DNA of 64,000 nucleotides from Alphaproteobacteria bacterium (GTDB lineage Bacteria; Pseudomonadota; Alphaproteobacteria; Micavibrionales; UBA2020): NCBI GenBank assembly GCA_027483355.1, contig JAIXUW010000292.1, positions 4,628 to 68,627 of the forward strand, read 5' to 3'. Shown piece by piece: positions 8,993 to 17,860 of this stretch (position 1 is its first letter; each line of letters starts with the position of its first letter). The notes under the pieces were generated by a model. It saw only the letters and a program-made list of their open reading frames with translations, ran no database searches and was not told where the DNA came from. The position numbers and the translations under genes were made by a program.

Positions 8993-11900
8993 TTAGTGCC
9001 CGGCAATGTAAATGGAATCGGCCGACTTGTACGAAAACGAGTTCATGACCAAGTTGGTTCCTTCCATATTCCAGAACTTGTCTCCGAGTGGCGAGTGCTC
9101 GTCTCCTGGCATTTCGCGGTTGAGTTCGCCAGTCTCGTTGTTGGCCTCGTAGCAGTAGCCTCGGAACATGTAAGGGTTCATCAAGCAAGGAGTCTGTCTG
9201 GAAGCAAGCAACTGATTGTATTGCGCGGTCATATCATCGGCGAGGTTTCCAGTTTGGCCCGATCGGCTAGACTTGATGTTGTAAGTGTGACGAGGGTTTT
9301 CGAAATAGCCTTCAAAGGCGTGGTTCAACACAAATGCCTGGCTCGAATAGTAGCTCTTTCGCAAGCGGCCTCTATTGTCCGTAGCTTCCTTGATATACTG
9401 ATCGCTAATGTCGTTTTCGACGTGCAGGACACCGGCCCAAGGCTGGCAGACTCGTTCCATGACAGGCAAGATGTTTTCCGAAACGTCGCGGCGGAAAAAC
9501 GAATCAAGCGCGTATTTCTTGTCGGGCTTGACGAATCCGACGTTTCGGCCGGAAATGAGCTCGCGAACGTAGATGGAAGGAGCGTGGTACACGAGCTCCG
9601 GATCGGGAACCCATTCCATGGTACGCTTGTTCGCCTGCAGATAGACTGTCTTGTGCATGTTTCCAAAGGAGACATAACCGGCAATCTTGTCCATGAACAC
9701 TTGAACGCAACCGGGAGTTCCGGCGACAGCGTCAGAAGTCATAAAGACTTGACTCAAGCGGAAGTAGCCCAAATCAAACGGGAGAACGACATTCTTCTGA
9801 ATGAACGTCTTGTAGGCTTCATGAGTCGTAGGAGTGTACATGTAAGCGAGCCAGCACGCTTGGAAGAAGGGGGACTCGAATTTGGAAGTAGCATTGTACA
9901 ATTGGTGACGGAACAAGCGAGCGGCGCGGCGGCACAAGGAGCCTCCTTGAGTTTGAAGAAGAGTGGCACCTCCGGAGCGGACATCGGCACCAGGAGCGTT
10001 GGGGGCGTGAGGACGCAAACCAAAATTGGCTTCACGGGATGTAAATGCGGTATCGGGCACGGGGGCGGCACCTGGGGCGGGAGCAGCTGGAGGGACGAAA
10101 ACACGGACTCCGCCCACGGCTCCAATTGCACCCACACCGGCAGTAACGCGCGCATTGTAAACTGTCAACAATGCTTGCGCGTCCAGCGCAGGCGACGTAA
10201 ACGACCTGAAAAGGTTTTCGCGGCCTGCAAACCTACCGTTGGGAAGGACGGTGGTATATCCCGTGTCAGGGTTACCCGGTTTGGCTATATCGGCGTCGTT
10301 TACGGGCGTGTTGACGTAAACGTATCCCAGAGGTGTTCGGCACCATTCCAGGGCAACTCCAGCGGCGGTTGGTTTCTGCAGCTCCGTCGAAAGAGTGACA
10401 ATTCTCTGGTAGATGGGAGATTTGACAATTGCACCTAGCACTTCGTTTGGCGGCAAAGGCTTTCCATTTGCAGAGGTCAAAGCATCAAGCTTTTTCAAAA
10501 TTACACCAATTGTATAGTAGACCGTGGCGTTGTTTGCACCAGCGGCGTCAGCCCCAGGAAAAGTGGGGACTGCGCTTTCAGCAGGTGAAAAGATTTCGGG
10601 CATCAGCGCACGCCAGTCTGCGTTGCTAATTCCAGCGACTGGAAGCAGAGGCGACAGCGCGTTGAATAGGTTGGCAACCGCTACTCTAACTCCTGGAGTG
10701 GAAACCGGATCAATCATGACATTGGCACGGCTTGCGTCTCCAGTGTAAACAGCAGTGTATGCGGCGATATCAGGCGCTCTACGAACGGCCTCTTGTGCTC
10801 CAGGCACTCTTTTGAAAGCGTCCGACGTGATCAGAACGTCGCCAGTAAACAAAAGTTTCTGAACGTCTGCGGCAGAATATTGGGGTTTCTCAAAAGCTGC
10901 CGCAAGAGGCGTAGCGACGCCGCCGGGAACACCTACAGCAACGGGCGCCGCGACTGCCCCCGCGGAAGCAGTACCCACGGCGTCGGCCGCGCTTCGTGCG
11001 ACAGCAGCCGCAACGCGAGAAGCAAGACCCGGAGCAACCGCACCATACTGTATGTATAATGGGGTGTCTCCATACCTGTAAGCGACATAAGGCGTCAAAT
11101 GATCAATGCTTGATCTGTCATACCACGGGGCGTAGAGCGTCGGAGACAGATAGCCCGTCTGAGGCGTGTTTGACGAAAGATCGTTCATCGCCTTATCAAA
11201 CACTGGCAAACATTTTTGCAGATCGGCGTAAATCTGTTGGCACCATTCGGGCCACTTGTCCACTTGCGATTCTGGCATTGAAGCGATTGTGCGCAAACCA
11301 GGGCCCGTCCAGAATCCATACAAAAACGATTGTTCTTCAACTCCAAGGTAGGCAGGCAGCAATGGTTCGACTGCGGCAATACCGGCACCCAAAGGACCGG
11401 CCGGGGCCGAAGCAATTTTAGGAACGTCTTTCATCACGGGAATATTCAAACCGCCGTATGAATTTTTCTGAACTTCATAGGCTCCGTCAGGTCCAACAAC
11501 AAAGGTGTTGTTTACCTCGCGCAATTCTTGTATCCACGCGCGGGAGTACGGAGCCTTCATAATTCTATGAACGCATCTATCCAACATTCTGAAAGCGTCG
11601 TCGATGCTTACATCTGACCCCCTTGTCACTCTGGCAGTGACCTTCTCCTTCAAATCCCGCGCAGCGTAAGTCGTGAGCGAGTGAGGCACGACAAACGGAT
11701 GCGTCTCAGTGTGGTCTCTCGGGATAAAATACTCTCCCAGACCATTGTGCTCAAAATACGAGACTAGAGGGAACACGTGGAGATCCTTCTTGGCTTCATC
11801 ATCCGTGTAGTACTGGAGTCCAAGACCGGCGGCGTTTGACACGCTTGTGCCATACTTGGCATGAAGCTCCATGGCACGCTGGTTTGCGTTCAACGTGTTC

Positions 11901-13228
11901 ACGTAATTATGAAGATTCTTGCTGTAGAGTCCTGCCCAGTTACCGCTGTGAGGATCAATGTGATGCTCATTTGACCAGCAGCCCAAGTGCGACAATGCCA
12001 ACTCGGGTCCGACGACACTGAGCACGTTTCTCTCGTCGTTGAAAATGCGCATGAAACCCGGGCGCTTATTGTAGACGCTTCCGTCGCCGAGGAGACCAGG
12101 GCGCCAGTAGTTGGCGACTACGGCGGTCGAGTCAAGCAGTCCGAGAGCTTCATGATCCTTGCCATCCAAGGAAGCAGGAGGGGCTGCGTAGATACGATAG
12201 CTGCTGTTATTGTTGATAGTGAACGCCTGGGCCTCCTTTTCAGTGGGCGCGGCCTCCAAAAACTGCTGGCGGTCAATCTGGTTCGTGAACAGGGCTTCGG
12301 CGAGTCCTTCGCTCTGCTCAATGTGAATTTGACCCAATTCAGGCTTGGAGTCGTTAATATTCAATCGGGGCAAGACATCGCGAATGTTGTAGGGCAGGAA
12401 CATGATCTTGGTGCCCGAAGAGCGAACATTGGCAAAGATGCGCGCGATTGTCTCTTGAGTCTGCAAGAATCCACGATTGAAAGCACCAAACATGCGAACT
12501 TCGTCGAGAAGTTGACGATCGGCGTTGGCCATGCGATACATGCGATCGCCGTTGGTCTGGCGCCAGTATCTCAAACGACCTCCGGCAATCATGGCCTTGA
12601 GCACGAGCTGCTGCTGATCGAATTGGAGAGACGCGCTGACCAATCGTGTCATCATTTCGGCTTCGGCCGGTCCTTCGGAACTTCTCAGAGTTTCCATGAG
12701 ATTCTGAGCGGCGGCACCGCGACGCTGTCCCGACATGGAGTACTGGAGCATACTCTTTCCGGAGAAGCGAGCGAGACCTTGAACGGACATGGGCTCGGCG
12801 GGAGCAATGTTCCACTCGGTCTGAGTCCATTGAATGTTCTGGTTTTCGGTAATAGTGAAACGGGCGATTTGAGTGAGCAAGGGCTGACCTTGAGCGAGCA
12901 CGACGGAAAAGGTGAATTTGTTCGTGACGAGATCGAGCGGACGACCGTTGAAGCGAGATTCGTTATCTCTGAAATTACCAAAATCCTTGTACGCAAAGGT
13001 CTTGGGATCCTCGCCAATGGGAATACCCCAAAACTGCGCCACGGGGTTGTTACCCTTTCCCTGAGCGGTAAAGCGAGCAGGGCCATCAAACATGCCCGGG
13101 TAGCCATCTACACCCGTGGGGTATCGCATTGAAGTGGGTGTGCCACCTGGATACGTAGCAGGCGTGAACGCGGGCGGAGCAAGCCCTGGGGCTGCAGCAG
13201 CGCCGGCGGGCGGTAACGAAAACGCCAT
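8993..13228 (-). CDS. Candidate major capsid protein, herpesvirus-like size class (HK97 fold predicted)
   Basis: This 1411-aa ORF is the largest in the window and starts at an ATG at 13228. Its length is in the range of herpesvirus MCPs (about 1.4 kaa). The composition is G/A/P/N-rich, as in structural proteins. A long amphipathic helix candidate (EAEMMTRLVSASLQFDQQQLVLKAMIAG) could be the HK97 spine helix. The gene co-occurs with an assemblin-like protease-scaffold and a terminase in the same window. Confidence 0.6.
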   Translation of the reverse strand: MAFSLPPAGAAAAPGLAPPAFTPATYPGGTPTSMRYPTGVDGYPGMFDGPARFTAQGKGNNPVAQFWGIPIGEDPKTFAYKDFGNFRDNESRFNGRPLDLVTNKFTFSVVLAQGQPLLTQIARFTITENQNIQWTQTEWNIAPAEPMSVQGLARFSGKSMLQYSMSGQRRGAAAQNLMETLRSSEGPAEAEMMTRLVSASLQFDQQQLVLKAMIAGGRLRYWRQTNGDRMYRMANADRQLLDEVRMFGAFNRGFLQTQETIARIFANVRSSGTKIMFLPYNIRDVLPRLNINDSKPELGQIHIEQSEGLAEALFTNQIDRQQFLEAAPTEKEAQAFTINNNSSYRIYAAPPASLDGKDHEALGLLDSTAVVANYWRPGLLGDGSVYNKRPGFMRIFNDERNVLSVVGPELALSHLGCWSNEHHIDPHSGNWAGLYSKNLHNYVNTLNANQRAMELHAKYGTSVSNAAGLGLQYYTDDEAKKDLHVFPLVSYFEHNGLGEYFIPRDHTETHPFVVPHSLTTYAARDLKEKVTARVTRGSDVSIDDAFRMLDRCVHRIMKAPYSRAWIQELREVNNTFVVGPDGAYEVQKNSYGGLNIPVMKDVPKIASAPAGPLGAGIAAVEPLLPAYLGVEEQSFLYGFWTGPGLRTIASMPESQVDKWPEWCQQIYADLQKCLPVFDKAMNDLSSNTPQTGYLSPTLYAPWYDRSSIDHLTPYVAYRYGDTPLYIQYGAVAPGLASRVAAAVARSAADAVGTASAGAVAAPVAVGVPGGVATPLAAAFEKPQYSAADVQKLLFTGDVLITSDAFKRVPGAQEAVRRAPDIAAYTAVYTGDASRANVMIDPVSTPGVRVAVANLFNALSPLLPVAGISNADWRALMPEIFSPAESAVPTFPGADAAGANNATVYYTIGVILKKLDALTSANGKPLPPNEVLGAIVKSPIYQRIVTLSTELQKPTAAGVALEWCRTPLGYVYVNTPVNDADIAKPGNPDTGYTTVLPNGRFAGRENLFRSFTSPALDAQALLTVYNARVTAGVGAIGAVGGVRVFVPPAAPAPGAAPVPDTAFTSREANFGLRPHAPNAPGADVRSGGATLLQTQGGSLCRRAARLFRHQLYNATSKFESPFFQACWLAYMYTPTTHEAYKTFIQKNVVLPFDLGYFRLSQVFMTSDAVAGTPGCVQVFMDKIAGYVSFGNMHKTVYLQANKRTMEWVPDPELVYHAPSIYVRELISGRNVGFVKPDKKYALDSFFRRDVSENILPVMERVCQPWAGVLHVENDISDQYIKEATDNRGRLRKSYYSSQAFVLNHAFEGYFENPRHTYNIKSSRSGQTGNLADDMTAQYNQLLASRQTPCLMNPYMFRGYCYEANNETGELNREMPGDEHSPLGDKFWNMEGTNLVMNSFSYKSADSIYIAGH

Positions 13229-13446
13229 CTTTTTCTTGACCCGCTTTTCTTCTTTTTTTTAGGCTATTAAAAGAGGTTTCGACTCTTGCTAAAGTCTACA
13301 CACGCGAGAGTTTATGTGATTAGAAACGGAGATCGAATTCAATAAACACAGGTTTTTTCTCCCGCGTACCGAGACGAGAGCCGGCGTCTATTTTCTGTGC
13401 TCATGTCAGTAACAAAAAAGTGACTCTGTTTCCTTGCAGCCGTGAT

Positions 13447-13452
13447 TTTATT
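13447..13452 (-). terminator. AATAAA polyadenylation signal (minus strand) downstream of 13477-13833
   Basis: TTTATT on the plus strand lies 25 nt beyond the stop. Confidence 0.45.
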
Positions 13453-13476
13453 TGTACAATACTCACTTTTTTTGTT

Positions 13477-13833
13477 TCAGCGGCGGAATCGCGTTGCGCC
13501 CGGGTCAACACGCGGCGGCAGACCTTGATTCGCGTTGGCCGGCCTGCCCTGAATGCGATACACGTCTCTTTGAAGCGTATCTCGGGATGAATCCAAAAAT
13601 CTTTCTAACACTGCGTTGATTTGGTCCAATAAATCGGCCGCGTCGCTGGCGAGGTAACCAATCGCCGCCCTCCAGCCCTTGGCCGGTTTTGGTACACTTC
13701 TATACATTATGGTTTTGTCGTATGCGGGGCATTGGCCTCGTTCAGATTCGGAATCTTGAACTCCAGCGCTCGCGCAGCCGGCCATGAGGACGAAGATTAA
13801 AAGCAGGCTCGCAAAGAGCGTCTCGGTTCGCAT
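13477..13833 (-). CDS. Small secreted protein (118 aa)
   Basis: MRTETLFASLLLIFVLMAGCASAG is a signal peptide and is followed by a soluble domain. Confidence 0.55.
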   Translation of the reverse strand: MRTETLFASLLLIFVLMAGCASAGVQDSESERGQCPAYDKTIMYRSVPKPAKGWRAAIGYLASDAADLLDQINAVLERFLDSSRDTLQRDVYRIQGRPANANQGLPPRVDPGATRFRR

Positions 13834-13911
13834 TTTTTAGTCTCTTATTGGTCTCGGTCACGAAAAAGATTAAAAGCAGACTTGCAAAGAGCGTCTCGCT
13901 TCGCATTTTTT
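13793..13911. repeat. Direct duplication of the 5' end of the 13477-13833 gene (two 46-nt copies, 43/46 identical)
   Basis: The copies are at 13793-13838 and 13866-13911. On the minus strand both read AAAAAATGCGAA(C/G)CGAGACGCTCTTTGC... and encode MR(T/S)ETLFASLLLI. The upstream copy runs into a short non-signal-peptide ORF. Confidence 0.85.
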
Positions 13912-13937
13912 CGTGTTTCCTTTTTGAACTCGCCAAA

Positions 13938-14399
13938 ATGACCCCGTCAAAGTGCTTTGGCGTTTTAACTTTGTTTATTCTCGCTCTACTCCCCGCTTTC
14001 GTAAGCGCATCTCAGTGCACTGAATATCTATGCCAAGAACTCGCCGTTTCCAGAACGGCGTTTACATATGTCGAGCTCTTAGATTTACTCAATAGCAAAC
14101 AGGCGTTGATTTTAGAATCGCCGCGGCTCACTCGAGCTCTCAATGTGATCCAAAACAACGTGTCGTTAGACCAGTGCCTGGGCATGCTCGAAATATTCGA
14201 AATCGCCTCGGATAGCGTGCCCTACGTGCTCCCGTGCGCCGATATTGCATCTCACGAATCCGGAGTCTGGACCGCCGCAGTCTGGGTATGCGCCGCACTT
14301 TTGTTTCTCCTTTTGATCTCGTCCATGGTCTACATTTACAAGTTGAAGGAGGATTTTGCAAACGCGCTAAATCAAGCCGATCAACAAAAGAAAAGGTGA
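13938..14399 (+). CDS. Type I membrane protein (153 aa)
   Basis: The ATG at 13938 gives MTPSKCFGVLTLFILALLPAFVSASQ, a signal peptide. A C-terminal TM segment (VWTAAVWVCAALLFLLLISSMVYIY) is followed by a short cytoplasmic tail. Confidence 0.6.
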   Translation: MTPSKCFGVLTLFILALLPAFVSASQCTEYLCQELAVSRTAFTYVELLDLLNSKQALILESPRLTRALNVIQNNVSLDQCLGMLEIFEIASDSVPYVLPCADIASHESGVWTAAVWVCAALLFLLLISSMVYIYKLKEDFANALNQADQQKKR

Positions 14400-14455
14400 C
14401 ACTGTCGAGTGTGTGTATTATACAGAGTAAAAACATGTTAAACCACTCAGAGTTC

Positions 14456-17446
14456 TTATTCATCTTCGTCGTCGTCGTCGGCAATCTCGTCGGACAGCGT
14501 TTTTTCACCTTTCTCGTTATCGTTTTCGTCTTCGTCTTCGTCATCTCCGCTTTGGTTATCATCATCGCCCGAGGCTTCGCGGTCGTCTCCCTTGTCTTGA
14601 TACTCGCCGCTATCCTCGTCGCCTTCGTCGTCGTCCTCGCTGTTGTCGCTCTCAAAGTCGTCTTTAGAGTCATGCTCCACGTTTTCAGAATCGTCGGCAA
14701 GGCGGAAGAAGAACGTCAGCAACTGTCTCGTCGTGGGTCTAAGCCGTTTATAAGTGCGTTGGATCCAGGCTTCCACAGCGGCTTTGCTCGAGCCCAGTTT
14801 CGGCATGGGGTTCCCCTCTGCATTGCGGCCAATCTTGGTGTAGACGGGCATGTCCGCGTTGGTCAAGATCATTTTGAAAAACGAGACATAGTTCTCCTCA
14901 AGGTACCACAGTGAGTCGGGCCAGTTTTCATAGTCGTCTTTTTCCAAAGTCAATTTCATGCCTCCGCTCTTTTCGACCTTTTGCAAATAGCCGATCGGGT
15001 ACACGATTTGGAGCATGATCGAGCGAAGTTGCGCGGCAGCGTAGAAGAACTCGCGCTTGAACTCGTCCTTTGAATTGAACCACGCTCCGATGAAATCAGC
15101 CTTGTTGTCAGCCGAGGCCGTGATCTCCTTGCACGTTGTGATAAACTTGGCGATTGTCTGCTCCGAAATCTTGTTTCTCTTCAAAGAGTACATGATCAAA
15201 CTGGGTACGTAGGACAGATTGGCCGGCACCACGCAGAATCTATCGGGAACGCGAGCTGGATCTGTCCATGCGGTCACGGAAATTGGCTTGTCAAATCGAG
15301 GCAGCTTGACAATGTAATCATGAGCGTCTTCGCGGCTGTACTCCTCGTAGTTCTCCTTCATTTGCTCGTGCGCCTCTTCATCTTCAATGCGCTTGATAAT
15401 CTCCATTTTGGCTTCGTCCTCGGAATCTTCAGCGCATACATCGCGCCCGTCTTCGGGTTCTTCGGGGTTCACAGCGGCCATGGAATAGAGGACATCGGCC
15501 GTTAACGAAGCGAACCCATTGTTCTTTCCCGAGGCGTTTCCCAAGAGCGCTTGGCCTATATTCGTGAGCGCGATTCCTAAATGATTGTAGAATTGTCGCG
15601 CAAATTCGGCTTCTTTGATTTTGGCGTCCGTGGCCGCGCGCTTAGCATTAGGTTCTTTTACACCAGCGAGCCCGCGCTTTTTAGCGTTTTGTTGCTGCTG
15701 CGCCGATGATGCCATACCCCTATGCAAACTCTGCATGAGTGTCGAATTGACATTCTTGGGCGGTGGTGGCGGGTGAGAACCAGTTTGAGACACGGGCGGT
15801 CTTACGGGCTCTGGCTTTGGCGCAGATGTCTCAGATCTCGTTGACGAACTGGAACTGGAACCAGAACTAGAATGCATCTCGGGAGCGGACATGGACCGCG
15901 TTGGTTCTAGGGGCATGGGAGTCATCGAGGCAGTGCCCTGTACGTCCTTGGGCTGCAAAAGAGCTTTGAGTCTATTCGCCTGCATATTGTCGTGTTCTAA
16001 TTCGAATTCGGATTCGACACTGGCGGGTTGGTCGACTAAAGGAGTAGCGGCACTAAAATCGGAATCAGGAGCCCTGAACGCAGGGGGAGGTGCCACTTGA
16101 ACCGGCGAGAATATCGAGCCCTTGGACTTACATCTGGCTTTAAATTCGTCTTTGCATGTCACGTAAGTAGCGTATACCATTTCAAATGCATTGCATGCGC
16201 TCGCGGGCGGCTCCTTGCCCTCAAGAACACATTGAATGTTTAGAGACTGCGCCTCAAAGTGGGTATAGGACACGACGAGTGTGATGGGAGGATGTTTTGG
16301 AAAAAAGTAAGTCGTGTAGAGCCCCTCGTAGGGCGTTTTAATCGGCATGCCCGTAAACACGCACCACCAACGGTCTTCATGGTTCTCCATATAGGTCAGC
16401 TCTTCGTGTGAATGTGCCAACGATGCGCACTCCTTGTGCGTGGCGCTATCTCGGATGAAATCGAACAGATACGGGTGCAGTATTTCTCTTTGCTTTTCGT
16501 GCTCGATAATTAAGGGCTCGTGCATGAAGACTTCGACAAGCGGCTCTAAACTGAATATCGAGTCGCCGAGAATAAGGGGCCTGCTGTAAAAGTGAGTCGC
16601 TGGCGCGCCCGGGACAAGCGGCCCGTTTGAATTCATGCTCTGGTCGTTTAAAATCATATGCGCCTTAGTCAGCGCCCTTGCGATTCCTTGTTCTGTAGTT
16701 TTCTCGTCTACGAGCGTCTCGGGCGCGATCTCTTCAAAATACTTGGTCCACAATTCCAGATTGACGCCGTTCATGTCCACTTCTTTGATCCACGTTTTCA
16801 AAAGGTTTTCCGATTTTGTGACTTGAACCGAGTAAGGTACGAGAGGTGTAGGAATTCCCGATAGATACCGTAGAAACTTTTTGTAGTCCTTTTCTCGGCC
16901 CACTCGAGTCTCCTCTAGTCGTTCTCTATAACTCTCATTCGCCATTTTGGGTTTGGCTCGCTTTGCGCCCTTGGGGCCGTCGTATTTCTCGTGTAGAGTC
17001 AGTGCATGACGCAGCCGTGTGTCTTCAGTCGGAATCTCCATGGACTTGAGCCCCAGCGTCTGTTCTAGCACGTGTCTTCGCACTCGTATTAGGGGCTCCA
17101 ATTCTTCGAATAGGCAAGTCAAAAAATCGACTCGGATCTTTTCCAACACGGCAAACGAGCGATGAGGCTCCTGATTGTGATGCGTCGCGTTTCCATCCGT
17201 CATGATCTTTGTGTATAAATGGAAATAAGCAATGGCTTTGACTAAAGCAACTCGTGCTTCGATTGTATTACACAAAAACGGAGCGTCGATCTTGTTTCGA
17301 GTATTCGGCTCGTAGGGCAGCAAAGCCGCGAATAAACGTTTCAAAACAGGCATGGAGTCGTATTTGGTAGTACAGAAACTATAAATCCAACTTTGGGTAA
17401 AATGCGTGAGCTCCAGGCGCGACATGCGCGCGCGCATCTCGGCCAT
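14456..17446 (-). CDS. Large hypothetical protein (996 aa) with a roughly 90-aa Asp/Glu-rich C-terminal tail
   Basis: The ORF is uninterrupted from the ATG at 17446. It has a central Ser/Pro-rich linker and a C-terminal tail (DSEDDDEGDEDSGEYQDKGDD...DDDDEDE). I found no enzymatic motif. Confidence 0.55.
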   Translation of the reverse strand: MAEMRARMSRLELTHFTQSWIYSFCTTKYDSMPVLKRLFAALLPYEPNTRNKIDAPFLCNTIEARVALVKAIAYFHLYTKIMTDGNATHHNQEPHRSFAVLEKIRVDFLTCLFEELEPLIRVRRHVLEQTLGLKSMEIPTEDTRLRHALTLHEKYDGPKGAKRAKPKMANESYRERLEETRVGREKDYKKFLRYLSGIPTPLVPYSVQVTKSENLLKTWIKEVDMNGVNLELWTKYFEEIAPETLVDEKTTEQGIARALTKAHMILNDQSMNSNGPLVPGAPATHFYSRPLILGDSIFSLEPLVEVFMHEPLIIEHEKQREILHPYLFDFIRDSATHKECASLAHSHEELTYMENHEDRWWCVFTGMPIKTPYEGLYTTYFFPKHPPITLVVSYTHFEAQSLNIQCVLEGKEPPASACNAFEMVYATYVTCKDEFKARCKSKGSIFSPVQVAPPPAFRAPDSDFSAATPLVDQPASVESEFELEHDNMQANRLKALLQPKDVQGTASMTPMPLEPTRSMSAPEMHSSSGSSSSSSTRSETSAPKPEPVRPPVSQTGSHPPPPPKNVNSTLMQSLHRGMASSAQQQQNAKKRGLAGVKEPNAKRAATDAKIKEAEFARQFYNHLGIALTNIGQALLGNASGKNNGFASLTADVLYSMAAVNPEEPEDGRDVCAEDSEDEAKMEIIKRIEDEEAHEQMKENYEEYSREDAHDYIVKLPRFDKPISVTAWTDPARVPDRFCVVPANLSYVPSLIMYSLKRNKISEQTIAKFITTCKEITASADNKADFIGAWFNSKDEFKREFFYAAAQLRSIMLQIVYPIGYLQKVEKSGGMKLTLEKDDYENWPDSLWYLEENYVSFFKMILTNADMPVYTKIGRNAEGNPMPKLGSSKAAVEAWIQRTYKRLRPTTRQLLTFFFRLADDSENVEHDSKDDFESDNSEDDDEGDEDSGEYQDKGDDREASGDDDNQSGDDEDEDENDNEKGEKTLSDEIADDDDEDE

Positions 17447-17860
17447 TGCGCTCTTTGGATACTAAACAAAACGGGCGGGCGCGCTCTCGCGTGCGCTGGT
17501 TCACTAAATATAAATAGAAGTAGCGAGAGCTACATTATTCACCTTTGAGCAAACGGTCTGAATGACGCAGTGCGAGGTTTCCTCCTCTCCCCCTTCTTTG
17601 CACAGAAGACGAAAGGTGCGCACGCGCTCAGGTGTCTCTCCTCAAACCATTCCAGTTCACTCGCGCGTTCGATTGGCTCAGGCGAAGGAAAAACGTGAAT
17701 ACCGAAAACTCACGTTTTCTTTCCCCATTCCGATTCGAAGATAGGTTCGATTGTATCTACGAGCCCACAGCAACAAGAAGGTATGCACGCCTTCTTCGCA
17801 AACGACTCACTCGCATTTACTAACATGTTCAATATGTTTATGTAAATACCAGAAAGTAAT

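Noticed and set aside
8873-10438. A 521-aa plus-strand ORF lies antisense to the MCP candidate, and a 381-aa ORF at 11987-13132 does the same.
   Set aside because: Both lie entirely inside the 1411-aa minus-strand gene. Their translations are Arg/Ser/Gly/Val-rich and low in complexity, as expected for the antisense of a codon-biased gene. Neither has an independent start context or recognisable motifs.
14234-14914. A 226-aa plus-strand ORF lies opposite the acidic tail of the 996-aa protein.
   Set aside because: It is the antisense reading of the GAC/GAA-rich tract, which gives artificial Val/Phe/Leu-rich pseudo-TM segments. It overlaps two better-supported genes.
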